A stretch of 63,357 nucleotides of DNA, the filler included, from Octopus bimaculoides (Eukaryota): the NCBI RefSeq assembly GCF_001194135.2. It is 5 parts of 5 records of this genome, joined end to end, with 100 filler letters (N's around TTAATTAATTAA, not from the genome) between each part and the next. Parts side by side here need not be neighbours in the genome. Positions count along the whole stretch, not along the records: positions 1 to 26,936 come from NC_068983.1; 4 more parts are not named here. The stretch is one strand, 5' to 3'. The notes under the pieces are model-generated. The model saw nothing but the letters and a program-made list of their open reading frames with translations, was not told the origin of the DNA and ran no database searches. This document shows, one piece after another, positions 11,751 to 24,699 of this stretch (the stretch's first letter is position 1; every line of letters begins with the position of its first letter). The translations under genes were made by a program, and so were the position numbers.

Positions 11751-14190
11751 TAAGCTCTTCACCAGAAAAAAATGTCAATTTTGCGAAAAAAAAATTATAA
11801 TACATATATACTTCAATAAAATGTTTGAATTAATACTTTTAGCAAGTCAAATATGCAAACTGACAATGTTAAAAGAAACGAAAAAAAAAACCCCTTCATC
11901 TCGGTTTAACAATAGCAACAGCGTTCTTGTAAAGATTATCGAATTCTTCAATCTAATTTCTCTGGGAAAAAGAATAGAAATCTGTTTTTATATATATACA
12001 TATAAACAAAAAAATCCAGGTATACAAACGTTCATGATGAGCATATTCAAACAAACTGAGAAAGTCTTTTGTGAAAATGTACAATTCTGTCACTTCTACT
12101 TTTCTTTTCGCTGGTGGGTGATTTTAAAATTGGCTTGTGGATCTTTTCTTCAACCTTACGTTCGCTGTCTTGTGAATTGTTCTGTTTCAAGATTTTTTGA
12201 GATGTGTTACTCAAATCTTTATTTTCATGGCATGAAGACTGATCGAAATAAGTTTTTTTAACTCTGTCTAAACTGACAATTTCCTTTTTACCATGCATAT
12301 CCAAAGTCATAGTTTTATCTTTAATTGACAAAATTTTAAAATGACCTGTGTATTTATAATTCAGTGAATGATGACTGGCATCATTACATAAAAATACATG
12401 AATCCAAGAATGAATATCAGAAGGAACGAAACTTTTAATATTTTGTAATTTACTCGTAAAAGAAGGAACTTCCGAAAAAAATCTCTTGAGCCGGGTTACA
12501 CAATTGTTAATATCTTCATTAAAACATTGGTTTCTTCAAACATTTGACCAAGTAGAGTTAGTGTTGTTCCGTACAAAAGTTCAGCAGGAGAATATTCTAA
12601 ACTTTCCTTAACAGCACAACTGTTTCCTAACAATGTCACTAGTAAAGCTTCTAGCCAACTGCTACAATCAGAATAAGTTCTTAATGAAGATTTCAACAGC
12701 CTGTGGAACCATTATATCATGCCGTTAGATTGTGGATGATATGAAGTTGTATGAATTCTATGAATTCCCAACAATGTGTTGAATTCTGCGAAAAGTGTAG
12801 CTCAAATTGTCTTCCACGAGCTGTTGTCAATGTGTTGGGTATGCCGAATCTAGACATCCAATTGGTAAATAAAGTTCTTGCTATAGTTACTGCAGATATG
12901 TCTTTGATTAGATAAGCTTCTGGAGATCGCGGAAAGCGATCTATGCATGTTAACAAATAAATATTACCTTTCTTTGAAGGTTATGGTCCAACAATGTCAA
13001 TATGAAAGTGATGGATCTGGCATCAGGATTTGCAAAGTACCTAATGGTGCTTTAACGTGACGATTTACTTTTGCTTTTTGACACTGCATACACGATTGAA
13101 CCCAAGGGCGAACATCCTTATTCAACAAAACGACTCGATATTAATTTTAACGAAACTCCAATACTAGGATGAAATAATTTATGTAAAGTATAAAAAAACA
13201 ACTTTTCTATGTCGTTCAGGCTCAAATAATCTGAAAAAAACCCAGTAGAAATATCATACCAAATATGTGATTTACAAGAACGAATAGGCAATAATTTGAA
13301 TTTCAAAGTAGAACTGGAAACTTTGTATATATCAGTGGTTTAATATTTAGACATTTCTTCTAAATTGATAGTGCATACCCAACACATTGACAACAGCTCG
13401 TGGAAGACAATTTGAGCTACACTTTTCGCAGAATTCAACATATTGTTGGGAATTCATAGAATTCATACAACTTCATATCATCCACAATCTAACGGCATGA
13501 TAGAATGGTTCCACAGGCTGTTGAAATCTTCATTAAGAACTTATTCTGATTGTAGCAGTTGGCTAGAAGCTTTACTAGTGACATTGTTAGGAAACAGTTG
13601 TGCTGTTAAGGAAAGTTTAGAATATTCTCCTGCTGAATTTAATGCATTAATATTCATTCGAGAAAGTACATCAGCTGCAGAATTTTCAACCCCCTTGTTA
13701 TACCGTATATCCAGAGTATACTTTGAAATATAATCAAGGTGTGTAATATCTCTGGGAGAATATTTCTCAGAAGAATGTTTTAGTGTATGTGTCAATGGTT
13801 TATGGTCAATAAATAATGTAAATGACCTACCTACAAGAAGATGTCTGAAGTATTTAATTGACAAGTAAGCTGCCAACAATTCTCTACCGAAAACGCTGTA
13901 TTTCGTGTCTGGTGCATTTGTTTTTTTTTGGGGGTTTTTTTTTTGTAAAGAAGGATAAAGTTTGCCAAGAATCACATTGAAACTGTTGTAAAACTCCACC
14001 GATTCCGCCACCGGAAGCATCAACTACCAACATTAATTTTACTTCAGAAACCGGATAGTTTAAGTGTTGCTGCACACAGTTTTTCTTTTATGCTTTGAAA
14101 AGCCTTTAATTCATCATCCTATAAAGTTATGGTTTCATTTTTCTTTTTCAAATTCTTTAATAATTCAGTCAAAGGATATAAACTTTCTGT
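11751..14190 (-). mobile_element. Decayed Ty3/Gypsy pol (RT thumb, RNase H, integrase), CsRn1/Kabuki-like
   Basis: LYPLTELLK..AFQSIKEKL; LVVDASGGGIGGVLQQ..WQTLSFF; RELLAAYLSIKYFRHLLVGRSFTLFIDHKPL..ADVLSR; STG..LHKLFHPSI; LTCIDRF..EA..SRFGIP..TT.RG.QF; SPAELLYG; VSLDRVKK. Confidence 0.9.
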
Positions 14191-14456
14191 NNNNNNNNNN
14201 NNNNNNNNNNNNNNNNNNNNNNNNNNNNNNNNNNNNNNNNNNNNNNNNNNNNNNNNNNNNNNNNNNNNNNNNNNNNNNNNNNNNNNNNNNNNNNNNNNNN
14301 NNNNNNNNNNNNNNNNNNNNNNNNNNNNNNNNNNNNNNNNNNNNNNNNNNNNNNNNNNNNNNNNNNNNNNNNNNNNNNNNNNNNNNNNNNNNNNNNNNNN
14401 NNNNNNNNNNNNNNNNNNNNNNNNNNNNNNNNNNNNNNNNNNNNNNNNNNNNNNNN

Positions 14457-15526
14457 ATCTTTTTACGTCATCCCAAGAATTTAAATTTTTACCATTAAGA
14501 CTATTCTGCAGAGACCTGAATGAGAGGAAATCCGAAGAAGCAATATCTGGTGAATATGGAGGGTGGGGTAACACATCCCAGCCGAGCTACAGCAATTTTT
14601 GTCTGGTTCCCAAAGAAACGTGCGGTCTTGCATTATCATGTTGGAAAACAACATCCTTCCTGTTGGCCAATTCACGACGTTTCCCTTGAATTGCTGCTTT
14701 TAACTCATCGAGTTTTGTGCAGTATTTCTAACAATTAATTGTCTGGTTACTTGGGAGAAGCTCATAGTACAGAATTTCTTTCTAATCCCACCAGATTGTT
14801 TAGGGCGAGACCCGCTTTTAGGGTGGATAAGGGTGGCTCATATCGTTTATTCTGGGGTCGCTTTCTCTGAACATTTCGGTAGATAATCCATTTCTCATCA
14901 CCTGTCATAATTTGCTTTAAAAAAGGCGCGTTTTCATTCCGTTCATAAAGCGAATCACAGATGGATCTAAAAGGTTCTTATCACTCAATACATGTGGTAC
15001 CCAAACATCGTAGGAATTTGTGTACCCAAGCTTTACCAAGTGCTCATGAACGACTGATTTTGATAGGTTGAGGCTTTCTGCCAATTCTCGTGTTGTGCAA
15101 TGTGGGTTATTCTCAATTAATGACTTGATTTGGTGATCATCTGTAGTGTATGGTTTGGCTGATCTTCATAAAAAAGGCTACAATATCCAGCTCGGAACCT
15201 TGCTAACCACTTCCGTACAGTTCTTTCGGATAAAGAAACATCACCGTAAACTGCGCATATTTCTTTGGTTGCTTGTGAATCATTTTTCGCTTTACGGAAA
15301 AAGAAAAGCATCAAGTGCCGAAAATGAACTTTCTTATATTCCATTTTAAAGGGTTACAGAATTAACACAGATTATAAGGACATAAACCTTCTTCCACGAA
15401 AAGATAGCTTAAGCTGTGCTCTAAACGGAGATGTAGTCAAATCCTATTTTATGGACTCAACCATGATCTAAAATAAGTGAAACGTTAAGCTACTATAAAT
15501 CGGCATGAACTTTCCGGACAACCAAA
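14457..15526 (-). mobile_element. Decayed mariner transposon nested in the Gypsy RT
   Basis: HFRHLMLFFFRK..ICAVYG..SERTVRKW (15117-15344), LPHPPYSPDIASSD (to 14574); TIR TTTGGTTGTCCGGAAAGTTC next to TA at 15527-15528; other end lost in gap 14191-14456. Confidence 0.9.
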
Positions 15527-15528
15527 TA

Positions 15529-15725
15529 GCTTCAGCTTTGTCTAGCAGTGGGCGAATTCCATTTTATCAATGAGATGACCAAAACAAAGATATAGTGCGT
15601 TCATGGAAAACACACTTTGATGGATTTATTACAATACCATATTTAGTTAGTCTCTCGAAAATTTGTTTCCAATGATTTTCATTGAACTTCTGGCGGACTA
15701 GCAATGTGAATATCGTCTGCGACTA
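15529..15725 (-). mobile_element. Gypsy RT core fragment (continuation of 11751-14190)
   Basis: Minus strand with frameshifts reads DDIHIAS..QIFERLTKYGIVINPSKCVF..FGHLID..PLLDKAEA up to the mariner TA. Confidence 0.8.
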
Positions 15726-15768
15726 TAAAAAGTAATATAAAAGTAGTGTTACACAAACAGTAACCGAA

Positions 15769-16289
15769 GCGGCTATAAAAAGTTACACAGTTTCATAATT
15801 GCAGAAATAAATTTCATTAACAAGTTGAAGAACGTGAAGAAAGAGAAAATAATTACTACATTATTTTATTTACGTACATTTAGCATTTATAGTACAATTG
15901 GAAAGTAAAATCATTTTGTCGTAGAGAATTACGACTTAAAATTCACACTAGCTAATCCTCCATACTAACTGCTAGAGTTCACAACAATTCAAATAAGTTT
16001 TGTTGGATTTTTATCACAGACATGACATAAAAAATAACCAATGTCTCAATAAGTGAGTGTCGTGGGGTTTTGTAACATCCAACGAAAACTGATTAATGTC
16101 CCCAAAATCAGGGTTTTTATTACTGCTCATACCTGAATTCTAAGAACCGTATTTCATGAAAGAATTCTCTGTGCCAAAGTTTTAAATCCACATTATGGGC
16201 ATTAATTTAACCAATGGGATTGCCAACAATTTTGCTTGTTCGGGCAAACGACCATTACGTCATATTGTCGCCCATTATGACTTGCTACA
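15769..16289 (-). repeat. Putative 5' LTR of Gypsy element
   Basis: Direct repeat of 11231-11750 with the same TGTAGCAAG terminus; joined almost directly to mid-RT (gag, protease and RT N-terminus absent). Confidence 0.6.
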
Positions 16290-16375
16290 ATACTATGAAG
16301 ATTCTTTACGTCACATTTTTGTTACGTCATGCTTTGTATTAAAAAATAATCTACAAATGTGGTCCAACATACATA

Positions 16376-16430
<55 letters not shown>

Positions 16431-17139
16431 AAGAGAGAGATACAGGGAGAGAGAGAGATAGAGAGAGAGAGAGGGAAAGAGAGAGATACAGGGAGAGAGA
16501 GAGAGAGAGAGGGAGAACGTTACTGTAAGTAGAAGTCTCAGCAGAATGCAAAAATGAGATTACGTGATTGATTGAATTGGTGGGGATATACCTTAAGTGT
16601 TGTAGATTTAATGTATCGGACCAACAATTAGTATACCATATACATATACATACATTCATACACACCCATGCACACAAACGCACACACCCACACACATATC
16701 TACACTTAGATATAAACGTAAGCTTGCACACGTTCTGGTATATACAAACTCATTCATACAGGTTTTTCACTTATTTTACTTTCTTAGAATCATGCCTGTA
16801 CGCGATCGATGAATGTGCACGAAAAGTAGCCAACAAATCTTTTTGGAATCATGGCTATCAGCTTTAAAAGTTAAAGGACATATATTGCTCAGATACCGTT
16901 GGAACATCTAACAGGCCTCACTAGTCCACAGTTCTGCTAGATTACAGCTGACGTGTGGTTGAACAATTACATCAATAATATGAAATAGCAATATTTCAAT
17001 CTTTTGTTCTCCTCCACTAAATTTATTAGTTAAATCTCAGATAGAGTGCGTCTTCTCGCTTATTCATTCCTCCTCCTTTTATCCTATCTCTCAAAATTTA
17101 TGAATTTTGTTCTCACCATTCACCCAGTATTATTTTCCG

Positions 17140-19180
17140 AAGTACTTGTCTTTTATGCTTCACTAAAGTTTCAACTGTAAATCATTCTAAAAAAACTTCT
17201 CCGCAGTTAGCAAATAAGTCCATATCATCTAGAAAAGACCTTATCATGTTCATTGCATGGAATGGGCAGCTAGGTATCTGCAAAATATTCCAGGGCACAT
17301 GTATCGAAAGCGTATGTAAAATCAATAAAAAAATGTAACTAAATCTAGATTTTGTTCTCGACACCTTTCATGCACATGCATGCCTGAATATATCATAACC
17401 AAGGTCCCTCTAGTTGCACTAAAACCACATTGAGATTCCGGGAGAACATTTGGTGAGTTTCTGTCGTTTAATCGTAGAAGACCGGTGGAGGATATGAGTG
17501 TGAATCTTCTTCAATGTCCACATTTATCTTGATCACCTTTCCTATTATAAATGGTGATTATAACATCATTACGCCAAGGTTTGTTTTACTGTTTTTGTCG
17601 TCCATACATCAGAAATTATTTTATGCATTAGTTTTGGTACATGGCAACCTCAAAATCGGAAAACCCCTTCTACGATTTCATCTATTCTTGGTGATTTTTC
17701 AGGATGATGTTTATTAATGGAGATTTGAACCACTTGAATAGATATAGAATTCAAAGGTGAGCATTTGCTGAAAATTGGCGATGATTTCAACGTTGACATG
17801 GGGATTCTGGACAAATTAGAAAAAAAGTTACTTCCATCGTTTTACAATCCCTTCCATTTACGTAAAGTATGTTTTTCTATTCATTGACTGTACTGAGGTA
17901 ATTTAGGACCACATCCATTTGTTTTAAAACAATGTAGAAATGAGGCGAACACTGCCTGATTGCGTATATTTTGATAAATCCAACAACTAATCTTTTTTTT
18001 TATATCTCTAATTGCTTTCTCTCATTTGAGCTCATCTTATATCTCTGCATTTAATATAGGACAAATTATTCTTATAAAGTGGTTTTCTCAGTGTAGATAT
18101 GTTCTCAAGAAGCAGAGTTTTCTCTGTATTATTTTCAAGAAATCAATCCCGATTTTCAGTGATGTAAAAAAAATTAGGGATTTTAGAAGAATTATCTTAT
18201 ACCATATTTTGGGGTTCTCCCCTTCAAAACTTCCTGCATACCAAGATATTTAATCTTCCCTAATATAATACGTCTTCATAAGGTTTTTTTGTAAGACCGT
18301 CTGTGCATATTATGTACTGTCATTTTCCTTCTTACTCTAACTAGTGCGTGATCTGACCAATACTGAGCTTCTTTTGAGGAATGCACATTAAATGCATATT
18401 TTATATTTCTTTGCCTAACTATTTCAAAATCAATTAAATGCCAATGCATTGATCGATGATACATCCTTGTTGTAAATTATTCTATAAAACTTCTCGGCCG
18501 TTAACAAATAGTCCATATCATCTAGAAAAGACCTTATAATAATTCATTGCATTGAATGGGCAGCCAGGCATATGCAAAGTATCCCATGGCACATTTGTCG
18601 AAAGTCTTAATGTCCAAACTAGGTACTTAGTACAAGTAAGTCCATCTCGGTGCAAAGTTGAATGGGTAACAAACCAGTTCATTTTCCCTACCCCATACTT
18701 TCCCAGAAATCTTCAGGTATTCAAATCAGTATTATCTGTAGCATTAAAGTTAAACTTGGTTATACAATGCAACATTTCATTTCAAGCTTCAGAGAATTTA
18801 TTTTTTGCATTTTCACTTCTATCTACAGTCGTTGCATATGTACTTATACTTGTCCTATAAAGATTATCTCTGAATTTCATACTGAGAGATATGATTCATT
18901 AATACTCATAGGTAAATCGCTTAACATTGACGATATCTCATTTTCCGAATTTCAAATCCTGCACCCGCTTACATACGTTGCTCTTCTTTACGCTACCAGA
19001 ATACTGAAACTCAGCACGTAGTTTTCTCCACTGATAGTCACCCAATAAACGGGTTTTTGAGGGTGCTGCAATATTTTCTAGACCCTTAGCAAGAATGGCA
19101 CTTTAACGCTTAGAACATGCTTCCTCATTATCAGTTAGCGTTCGAAGATTGCAAAAAGAAATCTTCTCACACACAATTAT
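17140..19180 (-). mobile_element. Decayed RTE/BovB-type LINE (APE endonuclease plus RT N-half)
   Basis: FCNLRTLTD..SKTRL; FNA..FLGKYGVGKMN; WHLIDF.IVRQR..WSDHALVR (18276-18464); LPESQCGF..RGT..RCREQNLDL..FIDFT.AFD..MIRSFLDDM. Confidence 0.85.
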
Positions 19181-21782
19181 AAATGTACCACACACACACA
19201 CACACTTACACACACACGCGCGTGCGCATACACACATACACACGTATACACAAATCCTAATTCAAATCATGCCAGTATGTAACATGAAAGTTCAACTAAG
19301 GAGGTAATGATGATGGTGGTGATGAGAAGAAAGAGTATGTATTTATATATATATATATNNNNNNNNNNNNNNNNNNNNNNNNNNNNNNNNNNNNNNNNNN
19401 NNNNNNNNNNNNNNNNNNNNNNNNNNNNNNNNNNNNNNNNNNNNNNNNNNNNNNNNNNNNNNNNNNNNNNNNNNNNNNNNNNNNNNNNNNNNNNNNNNNN
19501 NNNNNNNNNNNNNNNNNNNNNNNNNNNNNNNNNNNNNNNNNNNNNNNNNNNNNNNNNNNNNNNNNNNNNNNNNNNNNNNNNNNNNNNNNNNNNNNNNNNN
19601 NNNNNNNNNNNNNNNNNNNNNNNNNNNNNNNNNNNNNNNNNNNNNNNNNNNNNNNNNNNNNNNNNNNNNNNNNNNNNNNNNNNNNNNNNNNNNNNNNNNN
19701 NNNNNNNNNNNNNNNNNNNNNNNNNNNNNNNNNNNNNNNNNNNNNNNNNNNNNNNNNNNNNNNNNNNNNNNNNNNNNNNNNNNNNNNNNNNNNNNNNNNN
19801 NNNNNNNNNNNNNNNNNNNNNNNNNNNNNNNNNNNNNNNNNNNNNNNNNNNNNNNNNNNNNNNNNNNNNNNNNNNNNNNNNNNNNNNNNNNNNNNNNNNN
19901 NNNNNNNNNNNNNNNNNNNNNNNNNNNNNNNNNNNNNNNNNNNNNNNNNNNNNNNNNNNNNNNNNNNNNNNNNNNNNNNNNNNNNNNNNNNNNNNNNNNN
20001 NNNNNNNNNNNNNNNNNNNNNNNNNNNNNNNNNNNNNNNNNNNNNNNNNNNNNNNNNNNNNNNNNNNNNNNNNNNNNNNNNNNNNNNNNNNNNNNNNNNN
20101 NNNNNNNNNNNNNNNNNNNNNNNNNNNNNNNNNNNNNNNNNNNNNNNNNNNNNNNATATATATACATACATATATACATATATACATACATACATATCAG
20201 TATGTGTCCATGCGGGTATGGTGTGTGCCTGTAGAGACAGATATATAATGTATTTGTGTGTGAGTGTATATTGTGTTCCTTTCTTGTTTACAATTTTATG
20301 CACGTCTGGAGGAATCTAATTACTTTACAGAAATCAGTATATTCACGCTTTAAAGAATCGTTATAACTAAGATGTTAACTCGCTAGGAAAGAGTGGACTG
20401 ATAATGTATTATTTAGTTAGAGTTGGTTTGGTTTGATTGCTTCTCGTAACCATCACTACCATTGTTACGATCTCATCGTCGTCGCTATCATCGTCATCAT
20501 TGTGAATACCATCATTGTCATGAAGAGCATCGTTACTCTCATCAGCTGAACCGACACTACTATCATTAACATCATCAATAGCACTGTCGACATTGTCATC
20601 AGCACTGATACACAATTATCTTCGTAATCACCATCACCATCAACATCAGCGTCATCATAAGCGTCACCCTCATCGTCTTCCTTGTCGTCTTCGTCTCACC
20701 GTTGTAGTCGTCGTCGTCGTTTCCGTTGTCGCCGTCGTCACCGTTGTTGTCGTCGTCATCGTCATAATTACAATGACGTTTATGACGTTTGCATTCTTTG
20801 GAATTCTTGTGTCAATAATACGTTCCGATTTGTTTGCATCAATGCGCCATTCGTTTAATTTGTTATCCGATAATTCAGCCCCAAAGACTGGCTTCGTCAA
20901 GGTTGTCATTAGATTAGTCATTACAGGTATGAGAATACAAATCAGCGTGAACATGGATTAACAATTTTCCAAGCGTAGAATTTTTACGAAATATAAAGAA
21001 TTACAATTGTAGTTTCAAGTATTTGTATAATAGTTAAAGGAAGGATTACCATAAGACACTGAGCTACAATTCCCCTTAGCATTATGTACACTATCATATT
21101 TATATAAAACATTCATGCCGATATTTATTAGCGAATGTATCCTTTACTTAAATGTAGTAAATAAATGATGTGATATTCCTGCTTTTCCTTTTTTTTCTCT
21201 TATTATGAGCAGTGGTATTGTTCATGCGCATGATACGGATTCCCGTGATGGTAACACTAGCTTCGTTTAGCACCAGGTTCACACTGTCACAGCAATTGTA
21301 TTTTCGATGGTTTTCCAGACGTGCTATAATCAATATTCCTCTTTTAGCAGACATGAGTGAAAATAATAAAGAATTATCTCCAACAATTGCAGTGTCCTCA
21401 TGGACACTAACTCGTTATTTTATGTAACGAAGAGACAAAGCAATATGCCGCAAATGTAGGTAAGGAAGAGATATATTAATGAGTAGAAATTTTTTTAACG
21501 AAAATCTACCGATTGACTGATACATTAAATATAGTACACATTAATTTCTAAAGTATTTATATTTCTAGTTTAATTAATACTGTGATACACGGATAGATTT
21601 ATACCCGATAGCTGCGTGCAGAATATCAGTTTACTAAAGTTAGCTGTCTGCATCTAATACCTCCTTATCTTACATTTTACGTACCATGTGCTTCTAAATT
21701 CGTAGGCATTGATGAAAACATATCATGCAAATGAGTTACTAATGCACAAACAATTTACACGTACGTGTAAATATATCTAAAA

Positions 21783-21784
<2 letters not shown>

Positions 21785-21839
<55 letters not shown>
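21785..21839. repeat. (CT)n microsatellite
   Basis: Direct reading. Confidence 0.95.
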
Positions 21840-21845
<6 letters not shown>

Positions 21846-22289
21846 TATACATACATATGTAGTGTATGTGTGCGTGTGTGTGTGTGTGTGTGTGTGCGTA
21901 TTTATGCGCGGGTGCCTTTGCTAGATGATGATAGTATGTGCATGACTGATGTTTTAGTTTGTGTTTGAGTTGTTACGTAGCTTTCTATCGTTTGTCCTAG
22001 TGGTACAAATTGTTCCTAATTGAATTTATACTTGTTCTAGCACTAATATTACTCAAAGATATGTTGGTTCGCGCGATTGGCAAACCGTTTTTGATCTAAT
22101 AAATTTACGGAATTCTAACTGGAAGGAAATTACACATGATCTTTCACATGCTGACTGTCTTTTTGCTAAAAAAAAAAAATTTAACTAAACACAGTCTGTT
22201 ATGTGACAGACACCCACTTATAAGAAAGAAATAGAAAAAAAAGAATTAGTCGAAAAAATCAACCGTCTAAAACAGTGGCTGTAGCAAAG

Positions 22290-22600
22290 CACGTACTTGA
22301 CAGATATAGCTTTACTGGAATGAAAGAAACATAATAATCAAACTTCATGAACATATCATAGACAGTCAAAGGGCAGCAGAAATAAGTACGCATTGAGAAA
22401 GTAAAAGTGAATCCTAAAGTGTTCTTCATATTCGTCATAAACCATATAAGATCGTTATCTCATCTGTTACACCGCTGATAAATAAAATCTCTCTGCATAG
22501 TGGTGCAGAGGAAATGGTTGAGATTCTGTCGAAGCAATACTGTTCCATGTCTTTAACCAACCCACCCAGCACACACTGACCGATATGTCGTTTGGAATCA
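22290..22600 (+). mobile_element. Possible CR1/L2-type LINE fragment (APE-RT linker)
   Basis: With frameshift correction reads ..EKVKVNPKVFF..SSVTPLI..EEMVEILSKQYCSM, resembling the IKxNPKxFF..MAEILxxQYxSVF linker. Confidence 0.45.
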
Positions 22601-22775
22601 CGGATATCATAGCAGTTACTAACAAGATTACAAAGAACTGACCCACACAATCTAAGCATACGGCCGCTAGTGCCAGGTGAGCTAGGGTACTTTGACAAGC
22701 CTGTATGGGTCGAATGAATCTGTTTTAACTAATGATACCAAGAACGGCAACAACAATAACTACAGCAACAACATC

Positions 22776-22784
22776 AATAATAAC

Positions 22785-22841
<57 letters not shown>
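22776..22841. repeat. (AAT)n microsatellite
   Basis: Direct reading. Confidence 0.95.
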
Positions 22842-22842
<1 letters not shown>

Positions 22843-22850
22843 GTATCAAA

Positions 22851-23122
22851 ATTAGAAGAAGGGTACCATTGTTATCTAGTGAACGTTATTTCGACATCTT
22901 GTGTGTCTTCAACTGGTTCAAAAAATAAATTTGTCAATCTACTTAATTTTGTTTAATATAGAAAAGATTGAAGTAACGCCTCCTGAATATATGAAGACAA
23001 TATTAAAAGAAGAGTGCCATTGTTATCTAGTAAAAATTTATTTTTTGAACCAGTTGAAGACAGTCAAGATGTCGAAATATCGTTCACTAGATAACAATGG
23101 CACTCTTCTTTTAATTTTGTCT
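22851..23122. repeat. Foldback structure: 82-bp inverted repeat with an extra direct partial copy
   Basis: 22851-22932 is the reverse complement of 23034-23115; 22995-23031 is a direct partial copy that pairs with 23085-23122. Confidence 0.85.
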
Positions 23123-23156
23123 AGATATCTTCAGAGGGAGTTACCTCAATCCTTTC

Positions 23157-23160
<4 letters not shown>

Positions 23161-23215
<55 letters not shown>
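23161..23215. repeat. (AAT)n microsatellite
   Basis: Direct reading. Confidence 0.95.
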
Positions 23216-23216
<1 letters not shown>

Positions 23217-24699
23217 GGATATTTATGCTAAAGATGTGTAAATTCGTTTCTGTTATTTCAAACATTGAGATAGCGCTGACTGGGTTTCAAAATTTTGAGG
23301 CGTTCATATATAGATTACAATATCTTTGCTAAAACTTTGAGATGTGTGTATATTTGTATATTTTAGCTATTGTCTGACCACTCTGTCACTGCTCCACTCC
23401 GAATTCCCCTCTCGCATACCCCTTATCCACCACGAGACCTGTCAACTACCCATCCACTCATTCATCCTGTAATATTAGACTCAACACCCTCACTCTCTAC
23501 ATAGAATCACAGGATGAGCAGCAGCTATACGAACAAGCTGCAATCTGCCATCTTTATTTGGATAGAGAAGATAGCGGAGACAAAATCAGAACCACCACCA
23601 ATCCACAATTGTAATTAGGACATCAGCAATGTGTCCAACATAACTATTGAAGTCAGTCACGTCAGGAGAAAAACAATTAGTGGCATGCACAGAAAAGCAA
23701 CAATATCAGCAATGATTGTTACAGTTCCATTGAGCCAGCATAAGATTCGAAGATAACTTGAACAACAAAAATTATAACAACTAAGGCAGCAACAACTCGA
23801 TAAAAACACATAGTACAACAACATTTCCACCATTGACAACAAAAATACCAACAATTAATAAATATTATAATGGTGAGAACAATAAGGGCAATGATAATAA
23901 CAGGTAAATGAAGTGGCGAAATTATAATAATGAACAAGTAATTAATACGCTATAAGGATTAGCAAATGGAAACCAGAATAAATCAGAAGTGTCAATGGCC
24001 GTTCCAAGATCGGTTGGACAGAACTCGTAAGCATTTGTTGGCAGTTTGTCTAGTAGAAACACTGTTATTTAAAACCTTGAGTATATAGGACTCCTTAATC
24101 GCATTGGTGACAATCTGTCAGTCTCCAGCGGCTTCTTTCCTGTGACGAAGGCGAGTGAACCACGAATCGGGAGCTAGTTCTTGAGTAATGCTTGGATGTG
24201 TATACAGAACAAGCCAACGTCACATATCTCCGAGTGAGAATCATGAACATGATCCCCATTGTTCAGAAATGCGAACGTGGACATCCCTAGATTACGAGTG
24301 GTAAGAGCTCTGCAGTTTTGGTTGGAAGTCTTACTAGAGATGGTTTCTCGATAAAAAGTACCGGTTGGTGACTAACCTTAAAACATCAACAGCATTATAG
24401 AATGAAGTTGTCTTATACAAGCGTATCGAATAATGGTATAAATGAGGCTAGAACCAATAGTGAAAGCCCAGTAGAAGTCCTGTGATTGAGCAGCTCAGGT
24501 CCGGTCGTTAAACAAAACTGCTTACATACAAAATCAGAGGCAGAGAAGATAGTGGGATAGGGGGGAAAAATGAAATGTAATTGGATTTTGGATGAGAAGT
24601 GAACCCAGTAGAAGGGGCTTTCGACATGAAATCAAAATGGGATGAAATAGGACTCTTCGAGATAGTTAGGCAATGATTAGCTAACGAGATAATAGCAAT

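Noticed and set aside
20409-20961. His/Asp/Thr/Val-rich ORFs on both strands
   Set aside because: Degenerate CAT/CGT/GAT trinucleotide sequence; no domain or splice evidence.
23990-24500. Possible RTE 5' region or endonuclease start
   Set aside because: Only a short nucleotide resemblance; no clear protein motif recovered.
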